Source of the DNA: a virus
Lineage: Duplodnaviria; Caudoviricetes
Strand: one strand, 5' to 3'
DNA length: 56,292 nt
IMG/VR virus record: IMGVR_UViG_3300025168_000103
Location: 1-56,292 of that record
In this document: piece after piece, positions 18,501 to 27,420 of the stretch
How the letters are laid out: each line of letters begins with the position of its first letter
How positions within the stretch are numbered: the stretch's first letter is position 1
Program-made: the position numbers and the translations under genes
The notes under the pieces: model-generated
Told to the model about the DNA's origin: nothing
The model's input: the letters and a program-made list of their open reading frames with translations, nothing else
The model's database searches: none

Positions 18501-21500
18501 TTCTCTTTTAGCTTCTTCTGTTAATTTAGATTCTATTGTTTCAATAATTCCTAAAGGTTTTAAATTAGAAGACGATGGTTCTTTCATAGAGTCTATAGTT
18601 TTTTCCATATACCCATTTATCTTTTTTATAAACTTATCAGAAAATAAAGGTGTAAGAGAATCTTCTTTAAATCCAAAGTCAAAAAACTTATACTCTATAT
18701 TAAACATTATAGTTTGTTCTCTTTCTGTTAATTCATTAAAGTCTTTTTTAATTTCATTAATTTCAGACTCTGTAATAAACTCATTTAATAGTTGTCTGTT
18801 TAACACAACAATCTCACGTCCCTTACTGTTTTTAACTATCTTAATAGCTTTAATAAACTTGTTGTCTGGTTTAGATTTAATTATATCTTTTAATCCATTT
18901 ATTAAACCACTCTTAGTAGATGTAGGATAAATAATACCTTCCATATTTTCTACCATTTTATCAGATATTAATTTATTTATAATCTTATTTTTTTGGTCTT
19001 TAGTTTTATATAGTAATCCTTTCTTATCGTTATAAGCCTCTTCCATTATAGATTGCATATAAGGAGTGTATCTTATATCTGTTACAGAAGCTCTCTCTAA
19101 CATACTGTCAAATAATTCTAAAGCATGTGTTAGAATAGGATTTTCAAATAAACCTCCCATATTTCTTTTAGGGTCATTCTTAACATCTTCAATCTTTTTA
19201 ACTACACCTCTTAACTCTAAAGGATTTTTTTCAATAGATTGATGCACTGTAAACGCCTTACCTATAGGTTGAGCTACGTCTTTATTAAATTGTTCTAAAT
19301 TATATACAAGTCTTAAGTCTTTTATTTCATTATCTGACATTGAGCTACTACCATAAGTGTCTTTTAACCATTTTTTAAAGTCTGAACTCTTTTTACCAGG
19401 TTTCTTTTTTGTACCTAACAGTTGCTCTATTGTAGCAGAAGAAGAAACAAATCTTTTACCATCTGTTGTTTTTTGCCATTCAAAATACTTTTGTACAATA
19501 TCAGATGTATATATATCTTTAACTTCTTGTAAAGAATACCCCAACCTTCTTAACATTACAAACCCTGCTACAGACTGTTCGTTTAATCCTAATCTATCTG
19601 CATATTGATGTTTAGCATTATCTAATACTATATTTAATAACTGAGCTAATCCAAACCAGTTTCCTACTCCGTCCTCAGCGTTTCTATCATCATAAAACTT
19701 ATCTACTTTTCTTCCGTTAATATCTACTTCAAAACCTAACTCTACACCACTAACAGAAAATATATTTAAACTTCTTTGTAAAGCAGCTACAATACCTACA
19801 AGCATTTTAGTAGGTACATTTTCTTTAAATGTTTTTGAGTCTCCTATAGGAGTTAATTGTGATTCTACTGTAGGTCTTTCTTTTCCAATTACACTCTCTA
19901 CGTCTGATACAAAATCTATGTTTGCTGTAATTTCTTTTCTTACATCTTCTCTACTAACTAAATCTACATATAAATCAAAAAATTCATTACTATCATTTCT
20001 CCAATCATCAGTTGATTTTATTTCATCTTTGTTATATTTAAAATTCATGTGAACTGAATCACCATCTAAGTCAGCTCCCCAGTACGCAGAAACTTCTGCT
20101 GGTATAGTTATCTTAGATGTAGGACTTCCTTTTAATTGTCCGTGAAATCCTTTTACTATAAATACACTTGTACTTACCTTACCGTGTGAAGGTATTCTAG
20201 TTCCTAAAAACAAATTCCCTTCTTTAACTCCTTGTTTTTGTAAATAACCAGGTACAAATGCTTCTGAAACTACAACTTTTTTACCATCAATAGTCATTTC
20301 TTCAAAAGCTTTCAAACCCATACCTAATGAAGATGACTGATAAGCGATACTTCCCTTTGTATACATCTTAGTACCCTTCTTAGCTACCCTACCATTAGCT
20401 ATAGAGTTATATACAGAATTTATTGCAGGATACCTTCCATCTATATTACCAAACATAGAAGCAATTAACTGTCCAAATACTGCTGGGTCAACAGAATCTT
20501 TGAAATTATCCATTTCATTAAACACATCTTTTGTTGTTGCCTCGGAAGATGTAATCATTCCTTCATCAAGATTTCTCTCTTTGTTAGATTTCTCCATTAC
20601 ATTTTTACGAAGTTCTAACATTCTATTAAGAGTCTCCATGTCTTTAGGAGAGTTCATGTTGTTAGCTAGATTATAAAATAATTGCGAAGGAAAGTATCTT
20701 TCTTCTTTTTGTTTATCTAACTCTAATTGTATTCCTAAACCTTTACCATCTAAACCTTTAAATTCTCTGTTAGAGTCATATCTATCTCCTTTTATAAACA
20801 ACTCATCTTGTTTGTCCATAATAAGGTCCATGTTCTTATACTCTTCTTGTAAAGATTGTTCTTCTGTAACACCATCATGTATACTACTAATTTCACTCAA
20901 GTTCCTTACATCGTATATATACTGACTTCCCTTTTCTCCGTTAATACCATCAAACCATAATTTAGCAGATGACTCAGAAGCCGCTATAACTAAGTGTCCA
21001 TGACTAAATGTATTGTCTTTTGACTCTGTGAAGTATAAAGAGTCTCTTACATCATATGTAGGTATTACTGCGTCTGCTATACGTCTATTTCTTTCCCTTA
21101 ATACATTAGCTATATTTTTATGTATCTTACTTGTATTTTCCATGTCTGGAGTCAAGACTTGTACAGCAAACTTTAAATATACGGTATTGCCATCTTCTTG
21201 TCTATAATTATATACAAACTTATATACACCTCCTACATCTTTAACTCCTCCATACTTTTCTGTAATTATTTTAGCTTGCTGTGGTAATATGTATCCTGCT
21301 GCATCATTTTCTATCCAAGCTTCTACTCCTTCAGGTATTTCGTTTTCTGTATATATATTACCTTCTTTATCTACATAATAATCTTTTGTAATAACAGGTT
21401 CAAATGTTGTGTTATGGTCATACGTAGTGTGAGAAGCAATACTTCCAGCTAATCTTTTAATATAATCTACCTCATCTTTAGCTTGTTTATGGTCGTATCC

Positions 21501-24500
21501 TAATAGTTGTTGAGCCATAAATTTATTAGCTATATAACTAGTTAAAAAGTTTTTAATTTGTTCTTCTGTTCTGTTTTGCCAAGATTTATTATTGTCATAC
21601 AAGTCAGGGTTTTTTCTTAATTCTAACATAAACTTATTGTACTCCTCGTCTATCTGTTTGATTTGATAATTACCTTTTTTATCTTTTACAATAGTATAAG
21701 GAAACACGTCACCACCTTTTATATACTTGTCTTTTAATGCTGGATTATTATATAGCGTTTCTAAAACTTTATTTCTACTAGCTACATCTGTTATAGCTAT
21801 AGACTTAACATAATATCTTCTACTCTTATCAGAGAATGTACCAATAGCTTGGTCGTATAAAACAGACTCTCCGTCTTTTTGTTTTTGTACTGTATTTAAA
21901 AAATGATACAAATCAATAGCCATCATTTCAGATGGGTCTATTTCTGTCATAGATTTAGCTCCATTGTCCCATCTCTCTATGGTTTGTTGTCCTGGAGTAT
22001 ATCTATACATACCAGCATGAACACTTATGTCAAATGGATTGTCTAGTATCTCTCCAGTTCTCCCATCAAATAATATATTCTTTTCCATTTTTTCTTGTAT
22101 CATTTTAGAATATATATTATTCTTAGGATTGAATATACTTTTCTTTCTTTTATCTATACCTAATATTTGTTCTACCGAATCATAAGCTTGATTATGTAAT
22201 GCGTTATTATTATTAAATATACTAATACCGTCACCTGTTACGTTGTCTACAATAGACAAATAGTTCATGGGTCTAGACAATACCATAACTTCTCTTAAAA
22301 CTTGTTTAAATGATTGTAAATTATTTTTAGTATAATCATAAGCTTGCGCTTGTTCATTTACTTTAGTAGTCCACTTTTCTGTTTTTTTGTTAAACAACAT
22401 CCATCTACCATGCTTTAGATTAATTCCTTGTAATCCTACTTGTGATTCAAAAAACACATCTGTTAAAAACATTGGTTTGTTGTTCCATATAATTGTTTCG
22501 TTTAATACAGCGTCTATATCTATTCTTTCAAAACCATCTGTATCTTTAAATAAAGTTTCTAATATAGCTACTGTACCTTGGTGCTTAGAAGATTCACTAT
22601 AGTTGTCTTCTGCAACTTTGTTGTATATATTTTCTAAACTAGACATTTTTTGTTTCTGTTTAGCTTTAGATAAATTAGACCAACTGTCTATCATTCTAGT
22701 AATAACACTTTGTTCTGTTGTTCTACTTAATAGCGTGTTATCTTTCCATTCATATTGTCCTTCTTTTATAAGTAACATATCTCCTTGTAATCTTTCAATT
22801 ACCATACTCTGGAATATATTAGATATTTGTAACAACTTAGCATCTGTATAGTTTTCGTTTTCAAATACTTTGTTATCTAATATAGAAAGCATTTGTTGTA
22901 TTTCAACAGAGTTACTTTCTCTTACCATCATTATAAAATCTTCTGGATTCTTTTTTACCTTTTTAGCAAGATTATATAATTGGTACATTAATTTCTTTCT
23001 TTCAAAAGGAGACTCTGTTTGTTTTACATTGTATATTTCTGCAACTGCCTTAAAAAAGTTAGTAAGAGTTTTAGGCATATTCATGTTCTTTAACTCGTCA
23101 TTATGCTGGTCAGCTAAATTTAAATCTGTTTCATCGTTAAGTTCTTGTTCCTCAAATTGTATTGTAAGTTGTTTCCCTTTTTCAGAATCAAGACCTATAC
23201 CTTTTTCTTTAAGTATTGCTTCTATTAACAATTTATCACTACCAGCTAAATTCTTTTTATACTTAGGATTAGTTGTATATAAAACAGCTCTTATATATTG
23301 TTTTAACTGGTCTTTTTGTTTTTTCTTTAATGACTTAGAATTAATTAGTCCAGACTTGTCTATTCTTTTAATTACATTATCTGCTATTTGTTCGTCTGTT
23401 AATCCCTTGCCTAACTCATAATTTAAAAATGTGTGAACTAACGAATATTCTGTAGCTTTTCTAAATGAAGCTTTTTTAGCTCTGTTAATTCCTGCGTATC
23501 CTGAATTTTGTATATCACCCTTTTTACCAAAGTTTAATAGTATGTGTTTCATTGCAGCCTCTAACGTAAGGGTAGGTACTACATCGTCTACTAAGTTTAA
23601 AAATTCCCTAGCTTCTTCGTCTGTAGCAAGTTTTTTAGTTTCTTTATAAAACTTAATTAAATCCTCTTCTAGTTGTTTTTGTACTTTACTATCCTTAATT
23701 ATAGAGTTTAAACTACCATACGTATTAGCTTCTAATGTTCTTACAAAAGACTCTTCTAGTATGTGTGTCTGTTCTAAATTAGATAGTTTTTTAGCTATAG
23801 CTCCACCTCTTCTTTTTGTAGTAAGTTGTGTTATAAGAGATGCGTATAGTTCTGCTGTTTTAGTATCATCTACACCTTCGTTCTTTACAATGTTTGTTAT
23901 AATGTCCTTAATATCACTTTTAACTTCATTACTATTATTCATGATACCTTTCTGTAACTCTACAAATGTACCTACTGTCATAACAGTTCCTCCTACATCA
24001 ATTAACGTTAGTTCAGGATATTGTATGGATGTTAAATCAAATATATCTGATTCAACTAATAATTTATTTACTCTTTTAATTAATGGAGATTCAGCTTGCA
24101 TTCTATACCAAACGTGTCCTGATTCGTGTATAATATCTGTTCCTACAGTTCCTCCTTCTGTAATTAACAGTGTACTACCTATTGCTAATGACACAGCTTG
24201 ATTACCAAAAGAGTCTAATAACTTTCCACTTACAATATAAGCTTGGTCTGCAGGTACCAATCCTTTTTTTATAAGCCTTTGTAACATAATATATTCACCA
24301 AGACCTGCGTTTGTATATACCTCATGGTTTCTTCTGGGTACAGCTCCGTCATATTTTTCAAATGTATTATCTTTAGAAGGTTTTGTTTCTTCTTGTGATA
24401 CTTTAGATTTTACTTTTTCATAAATAGATTTTATTTTATCTTTAGTCTCTTTTATCTTTTCTTTAACCGTAGTAGATTTTTTTGCTCTTGTAATGTTTTC

Positions 24501-27419
24501 GTCTTTAACATCATAGTCTCTATATTCAATAGTTCCTATTACTTGACCGTCAACTTCAGCAACCATTTTATATTGGTATAAATCATTACCAAATTGAAAA
24601 AATAATTGACCGTCTATATTAACAACATTTTCTTGACCGTCTTTAGGTAAAACTAGTTTTATTTTTACGTCTACTGTATCTTGTGATATATACTTAGCTA
24701 AAAATGTATCTACAGTTTGGTTACCTACCTTACCTTCTCTATTGTAAAATTTAATTTTACTACCCTTGCTGTCTGTTATTGTATAACTATTACCTGATTT
24801 AGTAGGAACTATAGAAGAAGCTTTTACTATAATTTCACCACCTTTTTCAGCTATAGCTTTAGCTAATTTTTTAACTTTATCTAGTATTGGAATTTTTTTA
24901 CGAACCTTTTCTGATTTAGGTTCTTCAGGTAATTTTACTTCTTTTTTTTCAGTTACCGCTTTTTTTTTACTTTCTCCCTGTTTGTTTGCCCACTCCGTGT
25001 ATGACTCTGTAATAGTTCCGTTTTGTTTACCCTTCAAATATTCTTCTGCTTTTTTATAGGTCTCTACAGATACACCAGCCATACCTTTCATCTTCTTTTT
25101 TAACTCAGTAAAAGCTCTTCTTATTTGTTGTGAAGTTTTTGACTTTTTTAATATTCTTTCAGCTCTATCTACAGCGTCAACTACATTTTTTGCGACTAAT
25201 TTTTTTGCGCTTTCTGAAACTTCTTTTGGTGTTTTACCTCTTAAGCCTTGTACTGTCTCTACACCTTTTTTAGCTACCCCTCTTACAGTGTCTGCACCTT
25301 TCTGAGCTACTCCTTTAACAGCGTCAAAAGCTCTACTTAAAAACCCCTTACCTTCTTGTTTTTTCTTAGACTCTCTGTATTCTTCTATAGACATACCAGA
25401 TTCTTTAGCTTCCCTAGCTGTCATTCTTTTTTCACCCTTCTGTGTAAATTTTTCCGTTTCCTCAGAAGTTAATCTCTTTTTATATCTTTTGTCTGCTTTC
25501 CCTTCTTTAGTTAAGACTTCTTCTTTTTGTAAATAGAAATTTTCTATCTCGTTTTTAAGTTTCTTTTCTTCTGCTTTTAATACTTCTAAAACAGCCTTTT
25601 CTTCCATCTTAATATCATTCAGCTTTTGTTTCTGATTTTCAGTAGAAACATTTTCTTTAACTTTTTTTCTTTGTTCGTTAAATATAGACTTAACTTGTTC
25701 TTGTTGTGAATTGTTTCTAGTTAATCTATTTTCTCTATAAAAAACTTGTTTAGCTCCAGCTTCTGTTAATGTAGTGTTTACAGAATGTTTATTATAGTTT
25801 TCAGTCATTCTGTCTATAGTCTGAAATATATTATCTCTTCCTTCTTCTGTTAGTTTTCCGTCTTGCACTTGTTGCTCTATTACAGATTTCATTTTACTAG
25901 CATCTCCCTCGTAATTCCATATATGGTCTGCTACTAACTCGTCAGATAAGTTTTGGAAGTCTCTCATAGATTCTTCTGAATAGCTTCCGTCTTCTGCTAA
26001 TAATCTTAATCTTTCAGTTTTCTCTATTTTTTCATCTAACATTTTTTGTCTTTCAGCAGCTCCATCTACCACACCTCTTACTCCCCCCATAGCTCCTCCT
26101 AAACCTACAGAAGTCCAAAATATGTCTCTAGCTTCTTTAGTAAAATTACCATCCGCATCTTTTATATAATCTGTATATGAATCATAACCCTTACCTTGTA
26201 CATCATTTAAGTTAGCGTATTTAATCCATTCTTGATATGTTTCTTGAACTCCTTCAGAAAATCCCTCTACTCCTGCATAAACACCAACTGTAGGTAAATT
26301 TATAAGACCTCTTTGTACTAAGGGTTTTATAACTCCACCGACACTAGCGCTAAAAGCCATTGGTTTTGGAGTTAGTCTAGCCACTCTATTTATGTTCATA
26401 GTTTTACCTAGCCCTCCAAATAATATTCCATATTGAATAATGTCTACCGCTGCCCATTTAGAGTTGTCCCAAACAACTCCACTTGCAGCACTTGCAGCTT
26501 GTTCTTTTGTTAGTCCTTCCTTAATACCCTGATTATATGTTTCACCTCCTAAATATACACCTTCAAATGTATTGGCAGCGAGACCACCTCCTATCATTTG
26601 TGAAGCATTTCTCGCTCCTTTTGTAACTATAATACCAGCTTTACCCGCATCAATAGCTAAATGTTGAGCTAGTCCAGAGCCTCCAACTCTATTTGTACCA
26701 TACAATAACTTTGAAACCTTTTCCCCTCCAGATGTAGTAGAAACTACCCTACTCATTTTTCCAACTTTTCCACTTTGAGCTAATCCTTTCATAGCCCAAC
26801 TTCCAAATCTACCACCTATCATCGCTCCTCCACCATAAGGAATCATAAACGAAGCAGCGTATGGAATTAATCTAGCAACTTTAGAAGACCACATTTCTGC
26901 TTTAAACATGTCTTGCCATGTAACATCTTGTAAGTCTTCTGATATAATTAATAAATTTTCATTTTGCAAATCTGTTCCTTTTTTCTTTAACCAATCCCCT
27001 ACAGCTGTGTTTGGTTCGGGGTCATTAGGAGATATAACAGCTGACACATAATCTATAGCATCTCCTGTACCGTACACTAAATCTCCCCAACCCGCTCTTA
27101 TAGCTCTACCTGCGTCTGATGTAAATCCTCCTATAACTGCATCTGGGTCTACCATAGAAACACTACCTGAAGCGTCTTCTTGTATAGGCTGCATAAATCC
27201 ACCCATTTCGTTTTGCAACATATTTCCTGCCGCTCTACTCTCGTAGTATTTGTCTATATTTTCTTGTTGCTGTACTTGTTCTTGCGAAGGTCCTAATAAA
27301 CTATTAAAAACATCTGTACTACTTTTTCCATCATAACTTTCAATAGCTTCGTCTGGTGTAGAAATTAAATTAGTTTCTTGTTCTGCTGGTAAATCATACC
27401 CTGTAATATTATCTGCCAT
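15510..27419 (-). CDS. virion-packaged RNA polymerase polyprotein (ejection protein) with zincin protease domain
   Basis: GADLDGD catalytic motif (20058-20078) preceded by GTRIPSHG; DYIKR motif; IIHESGH (HExxH, ~24114-24128); Gly-rich hydrophobic N-terminus; position after the tail genes as in crAss-like phages. Confidence 0.85.
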   Translation of the reverse strand: MADNITGYDLPAEQETNLISTPDEAIESYDGKSSTDVFNSLLGPSQEQVQQQENIDKYYESRAAGNMLQNEMGGFMQPIQEDASGSVSMVDPDAVIGGFTSDAGRAIRAGWGDLVYGTGDAIDYVSAVISPNDPEPNTAVGDWLKKKGTDLQNENLLIISEDLQDVTWQDMFKAEMWSSKVARLIPYAASFMIPYGGGAMIGGRFGSWAMKGLAQSGKVGKMSRVVSTTSGGEKVSKLLYGTNRVGGSGLAQHLAIDAGKAGIIVTKGARNASQMIGGGLAANTFEGVYLGGETYNQGIKEGLTKEQAASAASGVVWDNSKWAAVDIIQYGILFGGLGKTMNINRVARLTPKPMAFSASVGGVIKPLVQRGLINLPTVGVYAGVEGFSEGVQETYQEWIKYANLNDVQGKGYDSYTDYIKDADGNFTKEARDIFWTSVGLGGAMGGVRGVVDGAAERQKMLDEKIEKTERLRLLAEDGSYSEESMRDFQNLSDELVADHIWNYEGDASKMKSVIEQQVQDGKLTEEGRDNIFQTIDRMTENYNKHSVNTTLTEAGAKQVFYRENRLTRNNSQQEQVKSIFNEQRKKVKENVSTENQKQKLNDIKMEEKAVLEVLKAEEKKLKNEIENFYLQKEEVLTKEGKADKRYKKRLTSEETEKFTQKGEKRMTAREAKESGMSIEEYRESKKKQEGKGFLSRAFDAVKGVAQKGADTVRGVAKKGVETVQGLRGKTPKEVSESAKKLVAKNVVDAVDRAERILKKSKTSQQIRRAFTELKKKMKGMAGVSVETYKKAEEYLKGKQNGTITESYTEWANKQGESKKKAVTEKKEVKLPEEPKSEKVRKKIPILDKVKKLAKAIAEKGGEIIVKASSIVPTKSGNSYTITDSKGSKIKFYNREGKVGNQTVDTFLAKYISQDTVDVKIKLVLPKDGQENVVNIDGQLFFQFGNDLYQYKMVAEVDGQVIGTIEYRDYDVKDENITRAKKSTTVKEKIKETKDKIKSIYEKVKSKVSQEETKPSKDNTFEKYDGAVPRRNHEVYTNAGLGEYIMLQRLIKKGLVPADQAYIVSGKLLDSFGNQAVSLAIGSTLLITEGGTVGTDIIHESGHVWYRMQAESPLIKRVNKLLVESDIFDLTSIQYPELTLIDVGGTVMTVGTFVELQKGIMNNSNEVKSDIKDIITNIVKNEGVDDTKTAELYASLITQLTTKRRGGAIAKKLSNLEQTHILEESFVRTLEANTYGSLNSIIKDSKVQKQLEEDLIKFYKETKKLATDEEAREFLNLVDDVVPTLTLEAAMKHILLNFGKKGDIQNSGYAGINRAKKASFRKATEYSLVHTFLNYELGKGLTDEQIADNVIKRIDKSGLINSKSLKKKQKDQLKQYIRAVLYTTNPKYKKNLAGSDKLLIEAILKEKGIGLDSEKGKQLTIQFEEQELNDETDLNLADQHNDELKNMNMPKTLTNFFKAVAEIYNVKQTESPFERKKLMYQLYNLAKKVKKNPEDFIMMVRESNSVEIQQMLSILDNKVFENENYTDAKLLQISNIFQSMVIERLQGDMLLIKEGQYEWKDNTLLSRTTEQSVITRMIDSWSNLSKAKQKQKMSSLENIYNKVAEDNYSESSKHQGTVAILETLFKDTDGFERIDIDAVLNETIIWNNKPMFLTDVFFESQVGLQGINLKHGRWMLFNKKTEKWTTKVNEQAQAYDYTKNNLQSFKQVLREVMVLSRPMNYLSIVDNVTGDGISIFNNNNALHNQAYDSVEQILGIDKRKKSIFNPKNNIYSKMIQEKMEKNILFDGRTGEILDNPFDISVHAGMYRYTPGQQTIERWDNGAKSMTEIDPSEMMAIDLYHFLNTVQKQKDGESVLYDQAIGTFSDKSRRYYVKSIAITDVASRNKVLETLYNNPALKDKYIKGGDVFPYTIVKDKKGNYQIKQIDEEYNKFMLELRKNPDLYDNNKSWQNRTEEQIKNFLTSYIANKFMAQQLLGYDHKQAKDEVDYIKRLAGSIASHTTYDHNTTFEPVITKDYYVDKEGNIYTENEIPEGVEAWIENDAAGYILPQQAKIITEKYGGVKDVGGVYKFVYNYRQEDGNTVYLKFAVQVLTPDMENTSKIHKNIANVLRERNRRIADAVIPTYDVRDSLYFTESKDNTFSHGHLVIAASESSAKLWFDGINGEKGSQYIYDVRNLSEISSIHDGVTEEQSLQEEYKNMDLIMDKQDELFIKGDRYDSNREFKGLDGKGLGIQLELDKQKEERYFPSQLFYNLANNMNSPKDMETLNRMLELRKNVMEKSNKERNLDEGMITSSEATTKDVFNEMDNFKDSVDPAVFGQLIASMFGNIDGRYPAINSVYNSIANGRVAKKGTKMYTKGSIAYQSSSLGMGLKAFEEMTIDGKKVVVSEAFVPGYLQKQGVKEGNLFLGTRIPSHGKVSTSVFIVKGFHGQLKGSPTSKITIPAEVSAYWGADLDGDSVHMNFKYNKDEIKSTDDWRNDSNEFFDLYVDLVSREDVRKEITANIDFVSDVESVIGKERPTVESQLTPIGDSKTFKENVPTKMLVGIVAALQRSLNIFSVSGVELGFEVDINGRKVDKFYDDRNAEDGVGNWFGLAQLLNIVLDNAKHQYADRLGLNEQSVAGFVMLRRLGYSLQEVKDIYTSDIVQKYFEWQKTTDGKRFVSSSATIEQLLGTKKKPGKKSSDFKKWLKDTYGSSSMSDNEIKDLRLVYNLEQFNKDVAQPIGKAFTVHQSIEKNPLELRGVVKKIEDVKNDPKRNMGGLFENPILTHALELFDSMLERASVTDIRYTPYMQSIMEEAYNDKKGLLYKTKDQKNKIINKLISDKMVENMEGIIYPTSTKSGLINGLKDIIKSKPDNKFIKAIKIVKNSKGREIVVLNRQLLNEFITESEINEIKKDFNELTEREQTIMFNIEYKFFDFGFKEDSLTPLFSDKFIKKINGYMEKTIDSMKEPSSSNLKPLGIIETIESKLTEEAKREDDINKQLEQRAEQAKEQKQDIQGNMTLETLEEQAIILGNKKTISHGYSTYNETNSDITKLIKPGNTLVVISPPIKRNSIDEISNLDKWAQSEGYDNYADIKENGNKYHKSFIKGESPIYIYKIKNVSSATEVTRAKKAFDRYNSEGKEYMDSNDMLSFNEWLEDKGITVESITKDSLIYSRLKERYRMYVVDYNIAEDLTDEKLTKEQLQKHTDEYLYDAMTKLDKLDSSATNRAKHLIRTEIAQRAFEKQTKFLQEKADLQNYDFKTPSKNDDISWLRKWMGSNNMTSKRPEIQYMINEIEKNYYNYIDRNRMYVNEINSVHDKLIESKMKGIGISERIKGKLNMSERYEKLYGNITQRTKEGKVIMLSREEINRKRDSLSKEEYDYWNLYQQINEKFGGIIRQERGDKVKNIQMGDLEMFSKEGLFGLYDMRMGKNMNVENVKLYFDVNGTEVLMPLSSIRTYLKSAGTAKERIAGVTLLEKLKRKATNLKKKGTHEDGSKITLTDAEIDALLNDGDAIAKMAEGVPPGKLTEADKALIEEYKRRQLTEFEHMSMDLNGALLEFVRGTLFKHGDVIRDNYGNAINMQDNPFVGMKNMSVLVDSIIQFNKENGNQNAAEYLTRWWKESFLEKKERKLNSAEKIMDWLVRLTTLRLLGFNPLVAIGNVLAGKYQELRKRGGKQMVLGEKRYFQDWNYSQDLLKKHRIVEYSFSDFIHLDNKKGAFGKIERASFIFMDKSENYIQGAAFLGMLTEQEYKSGEISQERVRQINHKISTLHGEGYTALDSRMLGTYALGRAALQFKKWYITLVGDRFQQRDIDRFGEVQVGSYTTAGKYVQGLWGQMINGEISMKSFKEQYDKLSEDQQKEMGAYIRGISLAGIVTLLILILEDDGEDDMVLRNLKKLSKDINVMTDYNRFKNYTIIPSSFGTAENIGNTVNYAVSGETQSKDSYLAEEGTPLWEKELQYEIAPFGQTNKEIRKSLYGGSSEKETPIIR

Positions 27420-27420
27420 G

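Noticed and set aside
16867-24201. Numerous + strand ORFs opposite the vRNAP gene (and opposite other late genes)
   Set aside because: S/L/F-rich antisense shadow frames produced by the codon bias of the real - strand genes.
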